From the IMG/VR virus record IMGVR_UViG_3300011115_000575, positions 1,708 through 65,707 of that record: 64,000 nucleotides of DNA. One strand, 5' to 3'. The notes beneath the pieces are model-generated. The model saw only the letters and a program-made list of their open reading frames with translations, ran no database searches and was not told the origin of the DNA. Shown piece after piece: positions 25,001-34,591 of the stretch (position 1 is its first letter; every line of letters begins with the position of its first letter). The stretch comes from a virus. Taxonomy: Duplodnaviria > Caudoviricetes. A program made the translations under genes and the position numbers.

Positions 25001-27563
25001 ATCCTTTAGCAGCTTCTCTTGCCCTTTTAGCAGTAAATCCTTGAGCAACAAGCCCCTTTGCCATTTTCTTTTCACTATCATACAATATGATTTGAGCATT
25101 TGGGCTAAAGCTCTTTAATGCTTTATAGTAATTAGCAAAGCGTGATTTTTGATTAGGAGTAAGTTTTCCTAACACTTCATTACCTTGTACAGATTCAATA
25201 TCTTCGCTAACAGAATATCCTTCATTGGATGCCTTAACTAAAGATTGTCTTGCTTGAACCGCTTGTAAGTAGGAAACAAGTTCATCATTATTAGTATTAA
25301 ACGTTTTCTTACCCTTTGTATCAGTAATTGTTGCTGAAATCAATTTCCCATCTTCATCACGTTTAATTTCACCAACCTCTAATGTGCCTTTAATTTTAAA
25401 TGGCTCATTAGATTTGTTTTCGCTTTCCGATTTATAGGCAAATGATTTACGAACAGGAGCCATAGTTACATCTCCATTTTCATCAACGCTTGCTCTCAAT
25501 GAAATATTTCTACCATCTTCAGTTTTAAACTTAAAAAGTTCTCCTTCGAATCTATTATTACGCACTTTCTTTGACCTCTCAGCCCTTAACTCTGAGTTAG
25601 TGGTACGATTGGGTGTTGCGTCTGCTTCTGTCAGCAATTTGCCATTCTTTGTAATCTTATCATAAGACTCTAATGAATCTAATCTAGAGTATACATCTTG
25701 CAATACATAGTTTCTTTCTTGATTAGTTAATTGGTCATCAGCAATAACGCTCGCCTCTAAATCATACAAAGAAGAGGTAGCTTTATTTACTTCATTAATG
25801 TCAACTAATTCCCCTGCTTGAATACTGTCAAGTAGGTCTTGATTATTTTCTGTAAATCCGAGATAGTAGTTATTTTCTGTCAAGTAATTGGCAGCTTTCT
25901 CTCTTGATAGTTTTTGTTGTTCCTTAACCGCAGCAGAGCTTCTTGAGTATATTGCATCAATATTCTCTTTCATTATAGCATCTACCTTAGCTTTCTTTTC
26001 TTCTATAATAGCATTTGAAGCTGCGACTAAACTTTCATCATGAAGTTCTCTTTGCGAGTCTTCTTCTGATCTAATTTCATTTAATGTATTAATTACTTCT
26101 GCCCGCTTGTTTACATTTTCAATATCAGAAATTAACCGATAGTTGTCATATGTTGCACCAGCATTAGAATCTCTAATATCTTTAATTTTATTAGCTGCTG
26201 ATTCTCGAATTTCTTTTGAAAAACTTTCATTGTCTGCAACTTCTTTGTAACGCTTAATAGATTGTTCTTGCTCAGAAGTTAATTTTACCCGTGAAGCCCG
26301 TGCCGCTATACCACTAACTACTCCACCAGAAGCAGCTCCTAAGACAAATGCATCTATAGAACTTTGAATTAATTTATTATACTCTGCGGGATCAAATTTA
26401 TTATCAGCAACTCTGTCTATTACAAAACTACCAACATTAGCAATTATTTCTTCTACCCCTTCTTCATTAGCTCCAGCAAATGCTTTCTTAACAATTCCTC
26501 CATATCCACGAATAAGGGCTTCTTTTGTAGCTTCTTTCCCTTCCGAAGAAATTATCTTTCTTAAACTATTAAATGCTTCTATATCTGTTCTAAATATAGT
26601 TTCTGTTAATCCCTCAACAATACCTTTACCTATTGATACTAAAGCATCTTTCCCTGATATCTCTCCATCTTTAGCATACTCTTCTCCTAATGAAGCTCCC
26701 GCTCCCATTAATCCTGCTCCCGTAAATACGGCTCCAGCGGATCCTCCCGTTAAACCAAGTGCTACAATTTGAGGCATTTGTTGAAGAGAACTTAACCCAA
26801 GATTAATAAACGCATCTCCTACTTTTCCTTCTTGAAGTAATTCAGTAAATGTTTTATCTACGTCTGCGTTAGCAATTCCATAGTCAGTCTTAGCTTGCCT
26901 CATAAATGAGTTACTAACATTTTGAAGAGTTTGAGCTTGTTCATACAATGCACCAGCTACTCCTTCTGACGAGGCTACCTTTGTGTTAACTTGGTCTTCT
27001 TTGCTAATTAAACCTTTTGCACGAGCTCCAATATTTTGCATGAAATCTGCTGCACCACCAAGAATATTTAAAGCGGTTGCTCCTACTGTTCCTATCCCTC
27101 CTGATATTAAAGACTCCACCATTGGGAGTGTTCCCGTTTTATCTGCAAGAAAAGAATATCCTCGTGTAGTTATATTTGATGACAATAAATTTGATGTAAC
27201 AATATCATCAATAGCCGCACGTTGCTTTAACCCTTTTTGATAAGCCAATTTTTCTTCGGCTGTCATTTCATCCGAGTCTCTATCGTAAATTCCTTGTTTT
27301 TTAGTTAACTCTTGAGCAAAAGGAGCTGTACCTAACCCTGAATGGATAGGTTGTGCTTTTGAAAAATAATCTGCAATATCAGAAAATAACCCCCCAGAAT
27401 CTTCCTGCCCAGATAATGCCGTAACGTCTTTTTTTTTTGAAATAGTTTCGTACTTCGAAAAGTCAATACTACTTAAATTAGAAGAAGTATCAGTAGAAGG
27501 CTTAGATTCACTAACGTCCCCGTATTTTGAAAAATCTATTGGTTGAAGCCGTTGTTTAGACAT
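19098..27563 (-). CDS. Giant polyvalent virion/ejection protein (HExxH metallopeptidase, ART-like and LPD38-like domains)
   Basis: PHEIFHE; LYHGSP..F..F....IGTGEGAQAYGWGIYL; C-terminal MDY..GG...PYFN region; last large gene of the tail operon. Confidence 0.8.
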   Translation of the reverse strand: MSKQRLQPIDFSKYGDVSESKPSTDTSSNLSSIDFSKYETISKKKDVTALSGQEDSGGLFSDIADYFSKAQPIHSGLGTAPFAQELTKKQGIYDRDSDEMTAEEKLAYQKGLKQRAAIDDIVTSNLLSSNITTRGYSFLADKTGTLPMVESLISGGIGTVGATALNILGGAADFMQNIGARAKGLISKEDQVNTKVASSEGVAGALYEQAQTLQNVSNSFMRQAKTDYGIANADVDKTFTELLQEGKVGDAFINLGLSSLQQMPQIVALGLTGGSAGAVFTGAGLMGAGASLGEEYAKDGEISGKDALVSIGKGIVEGLTETIFRTDIEAFNSLRKIISSEGKEATKEALIRGYGGIVKKAFAGANEEGVEEIIANVGSFVIDRVADNKFDPAEYNKLIQSSIDAFVLGAASGGVVSGIAARASRVKLTSEQEQSIKRYKEVADNESFSKEIRESAANKIKDIRDSNAGATYDNYRLISDIENVNKRAEVINTLNEIRSEEDSQRELHDESLVAASNAIIEEKKAKVDAIMKENIDAIYSRSSAAVKEQQKLSREKAANYLTENNYYLGFTENNQDLLDSIQAGELVDINEVNKATSSLYDLEASVIADDQLTNQERNYVLQDVYSRLDSLESYDKITKNGKLLTEADATPNRTTNSELRAERSKKVRNNRFEGELFKFKTEDGRNISLRASVDENGDVTMAPVRKSFAYKSESENKSNEPFKIKGTLEVGEIKRDEDGKLISATITDTKGKKTFNTNNDELVSYLQAVQARQSLVKASNEGYSVSEDIESVQGNEVLGKLTPNQKSRFANYYKALKSFSPNAQIILYDSEKKMAKGLVAQGFTAKRAREAAKGSMGLQHSGVVHINISIADDATVPHEIFHEAVKFIRDSDPAAFVEMVNKLKGMLSKAELSYLQNFSNLYAEKGENVMAEEFLSELLGVLTAKRLSFSKVNEAGENIVVEVDFALNRSIGQKFILGLRELVKKYAAKINNKLLMELADKVGATTNSTEELAKFFESFAKSLREGTDVNMEFTKQFTKEGVTASSDEISQKISSDQTYDEGIAIPFPSEIDYTPLDEINEKRIGDYEFPKTIPMLETVSHPIMSLNDVVEKYNGRVVIITSDATGYGVDSKGEPIFGGFGFSLNAQNVKDGIGFASLNVSTVKSTYTAAFNSYGQGKVAVLIMIQNPSTAINNAYGVKYLFRGLSQIANTSEEDLIKSKEAIANFINTSTTVSKVAKNKTERQQIIDIFNKVTPNMSEKVLADLQQEYIDKTTFDVRKVIGLGILPKNSGTKTDVGTRYSKIAFNKIDYSFYNFLKEYGDNTILTDDLINNDKGGYVVGGFELDVLPEGIERDDQIEALQSKGIVHDMFNAKLAGTNHFTLDGLYGVNENFAKFAEPESEIDPNKLTEAERDQMVRDIYTEDKFYEKESRDKSFETRTYSDLKGTVKSKFKKEYLAPKGLLRPKAPNVATNVAKGIGFAPTEEAKSEIAKANYKMMPVSEKVISKEIEEEVTDGSDNKVEFISQKRILYHGSPWSFARFNNQKIGTGEGAQAYGWGIYLSEDFDVANAYAMSNQGNKMNRLNYLDFLGKDLQKKAYKILQNPNTRLADWKRFLEDNKGFLGLSISKSNREKLYNAFGERNHYTAHVTGQRVSDGVWFDWHRSGPYNQQAATTAFAGLLSMQRAMQMLSYKDQYTKDSLSVINFILNEYNGGGKGLQFLSQNGSDVYESIQYRFASMPYANKSGDNFLTTAQQMASWLLQQAGVDGIRVPTYYAQGGRQDGLMNYVVFDANAIKITKQQTIRAKTGVDKADLIDIDLLQSARASMEARKNDSFLKWFNKDFLNSKYLGLYKQWFERNVNIRKELEKAEMVYAMQMMYNKAGASQFAQLKFGKYRKEIYGGLNKNGVAIVDSVTQLRRVIAIDANFDNQRNALLEQADAVKQQIEDENAIITNPKSTSEEKAIANESINSLKNDLAKLMRKAKTKERPEHGKHNDVNDKNKKIVSNKESAEASLAKLEKKIGVEAYAEFNKRADTYFKAFSDLLKYKLDSGLITEATYEMFKDYDYQPRNFLRFAYGQLYEDANGNMVKETPLQSNSFVNRGSMLSSDELKKISGGDMDYLDADSARLLQSALVTAEIRVSTNKALKALAEDSKLANYGFIKEAEYEKYKDGTIKLDSDGTPKFIAPTDNRFINMVYKVDGKKYAFQLKNTEETPLADEFNDIEMRDLKGEQYKFWSKWLGAGIMKTFATGINVAFPITNIPIDVISQIHLTDIYEGTIAERYQQAMMGTLEMAKRLTAAEFNLGDKSEISNLIYEFAETGGLMMSLTREYSPQMEGNWGKIVDGLGTFGNISELASKLNAYQTVKDRLVDQYYEKNGFEAREEDLEKIKTEAAYKSRAAMDYHRGGTSSKWLDGFAPYFNVMMQVSKISASYISNNKVEFGKKIGGAGLFVMAVTMYNMMVAAGDYDNDDVQRDIINNLVIFNTYKNADGTRGYTKVAVPPTVKWFLNRFQHIAEGVYLKEVLQDPKRIEKWQERTSIWKETSNMFAPRFGSILPPVAKGMIEYGFNYDIWRSKQIVEQDKNRKTSPFLEGVKNKNVAEFWKAIAATDFGKGVELSPAKAQKFADDIFPLTNPLISMGYSLIDKSVNQFTEMPESYRSKFNKENAWTSVPSSIGDAIKDRFKGTTNPDIRYDNPEYAKIKMGESDKLFMMHDKIKSMVDDGVSMHDIRVYAKSQGREYVQGIQNYALNLKKKDKIQYKIYEPDYFAMAFAPDARAKAEIMVEFEKTNEIPNMELYRKDLRRFGILNSNVRKIYEELKSKEK

Positions 27564-27605
27564 CTATTTTATTAGTTTAAATTAATATTTTAAATTTACT
27601 TATTA

Positions 27606-29228
27606 TTAATCAACATATTTGAGATCTTTTGCCCCATAATCAGCTATCATTTTTGCCTCTGCTGCTTTAGTAAAACCATGCCTTATATATAAAGTTTTTG
27701 TTGCTTTATCATATCCTTCTGAAGGTTTAGGAGCTGGCTTAGGTGTTGCGGGATTAGGAGTCTTCGGTTGATCAGGTGACGTAGGTTGCCCAATTTCAAC
27801 AGAATTGAATCGATTATATCTTGCTTTTGCATTTTGCCCTTTTGCTTTTGATAAAGCTGGTCCATTAATAGCTGAAATAAAATTCTTGTATGTTCTTGAA
27901 TCCCTTGATATAGTAATTTCTGTTTGTTCCCCTAAATCTTCTGCTGCCCATTTCCCTTCAATTCCTTTTGGAGCTGGTCTTCCTTTTAATTTATATTTTT
28001 GAGTTGCTGCATCATAAGACAAATCTGTTGCAACAAATGGAGTCATTTTACCATAAAGATTAACAGAATTAACTTGAATAGATTGCCCAAAATTTACATT
28101 TTTTTCGTTGCCCTTTACAGTAATTCCCATATTCTCTAAAGGAGATGAACTACTAATTGTTTCTTCTGTAAGTTGATTAGCAAGCCTTTCGCCTTTTGTC
28201 CTTTCATTAATTAACCCAATATTAGCAATTGATGTTCTATTTTCAAGGGATTGTTTAGTAGGCAAGTTTTCTACCGTAAGTTTAGATTCTTTTGCTTTAT
28301 TCTCTTCTGTTACAGTTTGAGCCGCAGATTTAGTTTCAATATTCTTCTGAATGGTATTATTTCCGTTAACGTAATTTTTGAAATAAGAATCAAATAGTTG
28401 TTCATCTGATTGAAATACAGAATGATCTCCCATTTGTTTTTTAATTGCTTCAATTACAGTTGAACCACCAGCATTTATAAAATCTTGATATTTTGAATTT
28501 GAATATGAAGTCATTTTAGGAGTTCCATCGGGATTAACCGCAAGAGTTCCATCTGCATTTTTAGCTTGAACTTGTGCTGGAGCGGTAAATTTACTAGTAG
28601 TAGGGTCTAACACATATTCAGATATTTTTTTTCCTGCAATTCCGTATGTAGCCCCATCCTTGCTATATGTTTGCTCATATGTTTGAGTTGGAGCAATACG
28701 AGAAGCCATATCATTAAATACCTTTGAAGTATTAACATTTTTTTGATAAACAGCTTGCATCTGTCTTCCCATATCTTCGGCAGAAAGATTTTCTGGGTTT
28801 AAGATTACGCTACGCATTCCATCTAATGTAGTACCAAGACTAAGTAAATCATCTTTAGTTGCTAAAGCAGTTTGAGCCATCTCTTTATACATTTGAGTGC
28901 CCGCTTCAATAGCTGATTTTCTGTTTTTAATAGTGCTAACTTTATTACGAATTCTACCTATTTCAGAATAATCTACTTTGCCATTCTTGATTATGCTTTT
29001 AGCAGCATCGTCTAATAATGAAGTTGTTTTAGATGTAATTTCCTCTTGACCATATTCGCCTAACTTATCTGTTAAAGCATTAATATTCTCAAAAGTTTTT
29101 TCTGCTATATTATAATCGTTCTGTTTTTGAGCAATAATACCCGTAAAGATATTGCCAAGTACAGCTTGTGTTTGACTTGCTGCTTTGTTAATACCTTCCG
29201 TTGGATTAAATAAATAAGACTCTGCCAT
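27606..29228 (-). CDS. Probable ejection/internal virion protein
   Basis: Position between the pilot-like gene and the giant protein. Confidence 0.55.
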   Translation of the reverse strand: MAESYLFNPTEGINKAASQTQAVLGNIFTGIIAQKQNDYNIAEKTFENINALTDKLGEYGQEEITSKTTSLLDDAAKSIIKNGKVDYSEIGRIRNKVSTIKNRKSAIEAGTQMYKEMAQTALATKDDLLSLGTTLDGMRSVILNPENLSAEDMGRQMQAVYQKNVNTSKVFNDMASRIAPTQTYEQTYSKDGATYGIAGKKISEYVLDPTTSKFTAPAQVQAKNADGTLAVNPDGTPKMTSYSNSKYQDFINAGGSTVIEAIKKQMGDHSVFQSDEQLFDSYFKNYVNGNNTIQKNIETKSAAQTVTEENKAKESKLTVENLPTKQSLENRTSIANIGLINERTKGERLANQLTEETISSSSPLENMGITVKGNEKNVNFGQSIQVNSVNLYGKMTPFVATDLSYDAATQKYKLKGRPAPKGIEGKWAAEDLGEQTEITISRDSRTYKNFISAINGPALSKAKGQNAKARYNRFNSVEIGQPTSPDQPKTPNPATPKPAPKPSEGYDKATKTLYIRHGFTKAAEAKMIADYGAKDLKYVD

Positions 29229-29248
29229 TTTATTTTATTTTAACAATT

Positions 29249-30103
29249 TTATGAATTAAAAAGGCTTCCAGCCATGCTAGCTCCTTGCATATCTTGCCAT
29301 CTTATAGGTTTCCCATTAGTCTCTGCTAAACCCATCATTTTTTGCATATCATTGGTTTTCATATTTTGCATACCAATTTGATTTAACCCTGAACTAAATG
29401 TTCCAAGTATACCCGCTCCTGCATTCCACATTGATTGATGAGCTTGGTCAATAATTCCTTGAGCTGTCATTTCAGATTGAAATCCTTGCTGATTTAAAGC
29501 CATTCTGCCAGATAAATCTTGCCCCATTAAACCAAGCATACCTTGTTGATTTGCTTGTTGAGAAGCAAATGATCTATATCCCTCCATTGCTTTTCCTGCA
29601 GCTAATTGACCTAATGAACTAAGGTTAGCCATTCTTGTTTGTCGCTGATCTTGAAGCATATTTTGTTGCCCCTCAGAAATAATTCTACCTTTTTGTGCTC
29701 CAACATTTTGTTGCCCCATCAATAATGATGTAGCCATATCTGCACGAGAACCACCTAATTTACCTGTAGCTTGTACAAGATTAGCATACCCTTGGTCGGC
29801 TTGGTCTAAAGCAAATTGGTCAAGTGCAGAACGAGTTGCACCAGAGGCTTGAACTTCATTCATACTTGCCTTATCAGCCATCGCTTGATAGGCTGTAGTA
29901 TCAGCTTGGTAGGTTGGAGCAGCTTTTTGAAAAGCCATCATTTGTGCCATTTTCTCATCCCAACCAGCTTGCTGATTACGATTAAACATTGACACTTGAT
30001 TCTTTTGATTTTCAGCTCGTTTAATAGCACTATTTGCACCAATCATGCCAACAATTCCACTGGCTATACCACCTACTGCTCCAGCAATTGAAAACGGATC
30101 CAT
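29249..30103 (-). CDS. Probable DNA ejection (pilot-like) protein
   Basis: MDP..IAGAVGG Gly/Ala-rich N-terminus, Q/M/A-rich coiled coil. Confidence 0.65.
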   Translation of the reverse strand: MDPFSIAGAVGGIASGIVGMIGANSAIKRAENQKNQVSMFNRNQQAGWDEKMAQMMAFQKAAPTYQADTTAYQAMADKASMNEVQASGATRSALDQFALDQADQGYANLVQATGKLGGSRADMATSLLMGQQNVGAQKGRIISEGQQNMLQDQRQTRMANLSSLGQLAAGKAMEGYRSFASQQANQQGMLGLMGQDLSGRMALNQQGFQSEMTAQGIIDQAHQSMWNAGAGILGTFSSGLNQIGMQNMKTNDMQKMMGLAETNGKPIRWQDMQGASMAGSLFNS

Positions 30104-30115
30104 ATATTATTAGTT

Positions 30116-33100
30116 TTACGAGTGTCCAGATACGGGAGCAATCTCAACATCAATTGAGTTAATCCTCATATTCTGGCTTTTATCTTTTAAAGTTACAACA
30201 AATTTATTTAGATAGCCAACAATATAGTCTCCTTCTATGATAGCATTAGGCACTGCAACTCCACCTCTTTGGCTATTAGCATCTCTTAGAATATGAGCAT
30301 ATAAGCGATTATCTTCCATTAAAAAGTTTGATTCAACTAAACTAGTTGCTTGACCATTTTCATTTGTAATATCAATAGTAAGTAAATTAGATTTAACATA
30401 ATTAGTTGTTACACTCCAATCTACTACATTCATATCATGAGTAACAGATACATTTAATGGATGAATAGGTAGTCTACTGTTTAATGTAAATGTAATTGAA
30501 CCATTGTATTCTGTGCCAAACAAATGGTTATAGTCATTTGTAGTTGTATTAGCAATTGGCTTATACATAACACCACTTTTAAATAATATTATCTTATCCC
30601 CATAACTTTCAGCAAAATCACTTTTTAAATTATATGATTCAGCAATCCATCGTTTAAGATTATCCGAATAGCCAGCAGATGTTGTATCAGAGCCAATTGC
30701 TACATAACACATATTATAAAACGGGTCATATGAAAAATTAGCTACACCGGATTTGGCTAGAAAATACGAACGCATATAAGTATCACTTACTATTTCTAAT
30801 CCATCAGGGGTATATTTAACCACTTTTTTATTAAAGTCATCCCACCACCATATATTACCTTTATAGTTCATTACAGAGGTTTTATCAAGCATCCCTAGGT
30901 TATTACCAAAGTTTCTGATAGTACCAATCATATTATTCGTAAGGGCATATACTGAAGAATTATTTCCTTGAGATAACTCTTGTTCTCCCATCATAATATA
31001 TGCCGATTCTTTTTGGCACAATACAAGTAACATTGAGCCATTCCCTTGTAAACGTGACGCTCTTTCCAATCCAGTTATTTCTCCATTTTCAATAGCTACA
31101 TCATTTGAATCTAAAGCAAAAAATGAACAAGTATTATTAATATTGGTACCTGATACATAGTTACCTCCGTAACGAATAGTATTAGTTCTTCGTGTCGATA
31201 CTGAAGAAGTAGATATTATAGATGGTTTCCCCGCAGATGTATTCCAATATTTATTTGATGTTGCATTAGATATTGAACGAATAAGATATTTTGTATTAGT
31301 AGTTGATACTGTAGAATTGTTATCGTAAGTAGTAATTACCTTTGGTATAGTTCTATTGCCGTTTAATGTAATATTTATACCATAAGTTGAGCTAGATGTT
31401 TTAGATATTGTTATCTGAGAAGAAGAAACATCGCCTGTAGATATCAATGATAAAGCCAATTCAATATGAAATTTATCATTTGCTTCAAAAGGTTTTGTAA
31501 TGCCCGTATTAAGTTCAATAATTTGTGTAGCTAATGCAGGTTCTGTTGTTCCTCCCGAACCCGTATCAGATGTTAATGTTGCTTGAGGGAAAACATCAAA
31601 ACTTTTACCTATTTTTTCTGAAGCTACATCATATTTATTTGTTGTATTATTATATGGTGTTCTAAATACTTGTGCTTTTAAAGACCAAGTTGCACTACCA
31701 CCTGCTCCGCCACCATTTAATATAAGTACTTTTGTAGCCGTTAGATTATACACAACAGTCAATCTATTTGTTCCCGCTTTTTGAACTCCAATATCATAAA
31801 ATCCAGCTATTTTAAATGCAGAACTGCTATCTACAATAGTAGAAGAATCCCCATTTGTAGAAATATTTACAATTGTAGGAATATCTGTTTTATCTGTAGG
31901 AGAACCGGATCCCGCAGTACTATTTGCTAAAGAATTAATATTTGCATTTATAACCGTAATTATATTTTCATCAATACCTGCACCAATAATAGCAGGAACA
32001 GTCCTTTGTGTATTATATAAGAATGGAGCGGTTGTATATGTAGGCATTTCTAATTTAGAAAATACTGCATCTCCAATAAATTTAGATGCAGCACCATTAT
32101 TTAATGTGCCTGTAGCAGAAACAGTTTTTGATGAACTTGCTGCCCACGCAGATATATCAATTAAATTTCCGTATTCATAAAAAACTAATGATTGGTCTTC
32201 TTGAATTTGTTTTGGAGTATATATTTCAAAATACAATAATTTAGGATCAGGGATTGTAGTATTTGTCATTGCTCCACCCGTATATTCGCAATAAATTAAA
32301 TTATTATCTTGCCCTACAATTTTTAAATCTAATAATCCATTAGGAGTATTAACTGTGATTCTATCTCCTTGTTCAACTGTATAAATATATCCAGCACGAT
32401 ACATTCCCATTAAATCAACTACAAAATATTTTATACTTTTAAGTTGATCCGCTGTAACAGATTGACTTGAAACCAATAATTCAGTTGTAGCTTTAGTTAC
32501 AAGATTAGTATCTGTTTGAGTTACTTGAAAGTAAATATTACTTGCGTACCCTTCATAGAAGTAAGATTTACTTATGTTCTTTGTATAAACTAATTGAGCA
32601 AACTTTGCCCAAGATGGCTTTACATATCCCGCATTTAATGTAACCGTAAATGTTGGGATAATCGGATACGCAAAATTACCTGTAGTAAACTTTTCAAACT
32701 TTTCTACTCCACGAGTTTTTAAAGCTGAATCATAAAATGCAATACCAACTCCGTAAACAGAATTGTTTACAAAAGGCTTTACATAATCACTTCCTGTTTC
32801 AGAACTTGTAGGAGTTGTTAATGGAGAACCTGATATATAAGAATTATATAATCCTCCACTAGGTAGTGTATATCCGCTTGCTGAGGATAATGTAAAATCT
32901 AAATTAGCAGATGACATATCATAATCATCTTTTATGTTAGCAAGAAATATTCTATTCTTAGCTATCTCAATATGTTTTGCATTAACAGGTACTGCATCAT
33001 AAGGATTTCCAGTAGTTACAATGTCAAGACTTTCGTATGTCTGCCCAACCCAAGTAAATGTTGCTATAGTAGAAATTAATTGAGTACTAATTCTTCGCCA

Positions 33101-33805
33101 AATACCATCATTCCCAATCCTAATATATATTTCAAGGTATTCAGCAAAATATGGGCTTCCTGATACATTGAATGTTAATACATAACTTGATGTCCCTTTC
33201 TCCCCTTTATATACTTGACTATAATTACCTAATACCGAATATTCTTTATTTTTATATTGATATCTACTTGCAAATTGAAAATCATTTGATTCAAGAAAGT
33301 CAATCCCTGTGCCAATTGTTTTTGCAATACTAACAACATTATTAGGAGTGTCTTTCTGTAACTTTAAATCTAATATTGTACGAGTCCCTGTTATTATATC
33401 TGTTGTTGGGCAAATAAGAACCGTGCCCTCTTCTGCATAATTCCACACAATAGAAGTTCCAATTATTTTTAAATCGGGTACAAATGTAGTTGAAACTAAA
33501 TGAGTATATGTAACTAATGTAGTCTTAGTATCTAATGTTGTGGGAATCTTATAAATAGATGCTGTACTTCCATTATTACCAAGAACATAAATTGTACCAT
33601 CAACATCTTGTGTTGTAGCTAATATGTTTGTAATAGAAACTCCCGAAGTTCTAATTGATTCTAACAAACGTACAGCTCCCGCACCACCTGACTTACCAAA
33701 GTCAAATACAATATTAGATGCTGAAGAATAATCTCCTTCTGGTAAATTGTTTGGATCAAAATCTTTATTCAAACCACCTGATGCTCTGAGACTTACCTTA
33801 GCCAT
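30116..33805 (-). CDS. Tail nozzle/stabilization (muzzle-like) protein
   Basis: N-terminal GGLNKD.DP..LP.G.Y..A.N typical of crAss-like muzzle proteins; 1229 aa; synteny. Confidence 0.7.
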   Translation of the reverse strand: MAKVSLRASGGLNKDFDPNNLPEGDYSSASNIVFDFGKSGGAGAVRLLESIRTSGVSITNILATTQDVDGTIYVLGNNGSTASIYKIPTTLDTKTTLVTYTHLVSTTFVPDLKIIGTSIVWNYAEEGTVLICPTTDIITGTRTILDLKLQKDTPNNVVSIAKTIGTGIDFLESNDFQFASRYQYKNKEYSVLGNYSQVYKGEKGTSSYVLTFNVSGSPYFAEYLEIYIRIGNDGIWRRISTQLISTIATFTWVGQTYESLDIVTTGNPYDAVPVNAKHIEIAKNRIFLANIKDDYDMSSANLDFTLSSASGYTLPSGGLYNSYISGSPLTTPTSSETGSDYVKPFVNNSVYGVGIAFYDSALKTRGVEKFEKFTTGNFAYPIIPTFTVTLNAGYVKPSWAKFAQLVYTKNISKSYFYEGYASNIYFQVTQTDTNLVTKATTELLVSSQSVTADQLKSIKYFVVDLMGMYRAGYIYTVEQGDRITVNTPNGLLDLKIVGQDNNLIYCEYTGGAMTNTTIPDPKLLYFEIYTPKQIQEDQSLVFYEYGNLIDISAWAASSSKTVSATGTLNNGAASKFIGDAVFSKLEMPTYTTAPFLYNTQRTVPAIIGAGIDENIITVINANINSLANSTAGSGSPTDKTDIPTIVNISTNGDSSTIVDSSSAFKIAGFYDIGVQKAGTNRLTVVYNLTATKVLILNGGGAGGSATWSLKAQVFRTPYNNTTNKYDVASEKIGKSFDVFPQATLTSDTGSGGTTEPALATQIIELNTGITKPFEANDKFHIELALSLISTGDVSSSQITISKTSSSTYGINITLNGNRTIPKVITTYDNNSTVSTTNTKYLIRSISNATSNKYWNTSAGKPSIISTSSVSTRRTNTIRYGGNYVSGTNINNTCSFFALDSNDVAIENGEITGLERASRLQGNGSMLLVLCQKESAYIMMGEQELSQGNNSSVYALTNNMIGTIRNFGNNLGMLDKTSVMNYKGNIWWWDDFNKKVVKYTPDGLEIVSDTYMRSYFLAKSGVANFSYDPFYNMCYVAIGSDTTSAGYSDNLKRWIAESYNLKSDFAESYGDKIILFKSGVMYKPIANTTTNDYNHLFGTEYNGSITFTLNSRLPIHPLNVSVTHDMNVVDWSVTTNYVKSNLLTIDITNENGQATSLVESNFLMEDNRLYAHILRDANSQRGGVAVPNAIIEGDYIVGYLNKFVVTLKDKSQNMRINSIDVEIAPVSGHS

Positions 33806-33830
33806 TTGTTAAATGTTAAATTCTTGTTTG

Positions 33831-34589
33831 TTAATTCTTTATACTTCCGTGAATACCTCTTCTTGTAGCTCCAATGATATCAGCATAATCCATTGAATTC
33901 ATTCTAGCTCTAAATATTCTACGAGCATTATCGTACTCTTGTTTAGCTAATTGATATTTGCCTAACGTAGTACCTTCAGCTTTTACCGCCATCATTTGTA
34001 TGTATTTTGTAATTACATCTGTAGCGTAAGGTGTTACGAGATTAGCTGTAGACCTAGATACTGCAGAAGTAATATATGATAAAGTAACTTCCGTAAGAGC
34101 CATTGTATTTGAAAATACAATTTCAGAGTTAGTTGTATCAATATCATACACCAATAATGGCTTGCGTTGTTTACCATAATACCTTCCAACTAATTCCCCT
34201 CTTGTATTTAAATTATTTGCACCAGAAATTAAGTTATAATTAAATTCTGCATCATAATTAATGTTAGTATCAGTAGGATACGGGATCCGGTTTCCACTAT
34301 CATCATAATTATAAATTTTATTTAATGCTCTATCTCTTTCTAAAGGAAGTAATCTTTCTCCGTGTTTTGCTGAAACATCAACTACATCAATAAAATCATT
34401 AGGAAGAACAGCTCTTTGATAAGAAGTTGTACTCAATACCACCATTTTAACATTACCCATACTAAAGTCCATTGACAACTCGTCTGTAATCCTTAGTGCG
34501 TGGTGTAAGTACCTTGTGTAGTAATGAAGAGGAAGACCGTTGTCTAACAACGCATCTCTAACAATTATATTTATAGACTTAGTTTTCAT
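33831..34589 (-). CDS. Tail ring/tubular protein
   Basis: LP.DF motif, size and synteny. Confidence 0.6.
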   Translation of the reverse strand: MKTKSINIIVRDALLDNGLPLHYYTRYLHHALRITDELSMDFSMGNVKMVVLSTTSYQRAVLPNDFIDVVDVSAKHGERLLPLERDRALNKIYNYDDSGNRIPYPTDTNINYDAEFNYNLISGANNLNTRGELVGRYYGKQRKPLLVYDIDTTNSEIVFSNTMALTEVTLSYITSAVSRSTANLVTPYATDVITKYIQMMAVKAEGTTLGKYQLAKQEYDNARRIFRARMNSMDYADIIGATRRGIHGSIKN

Positions 34590-34591
34590 AT

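Noticed and set aside
34292-34306. TTCCACTATCATCAT match to the motif near 2245
   Set aside because: Single AT-rich match inside a coding region; chance is plausible genome-wide.
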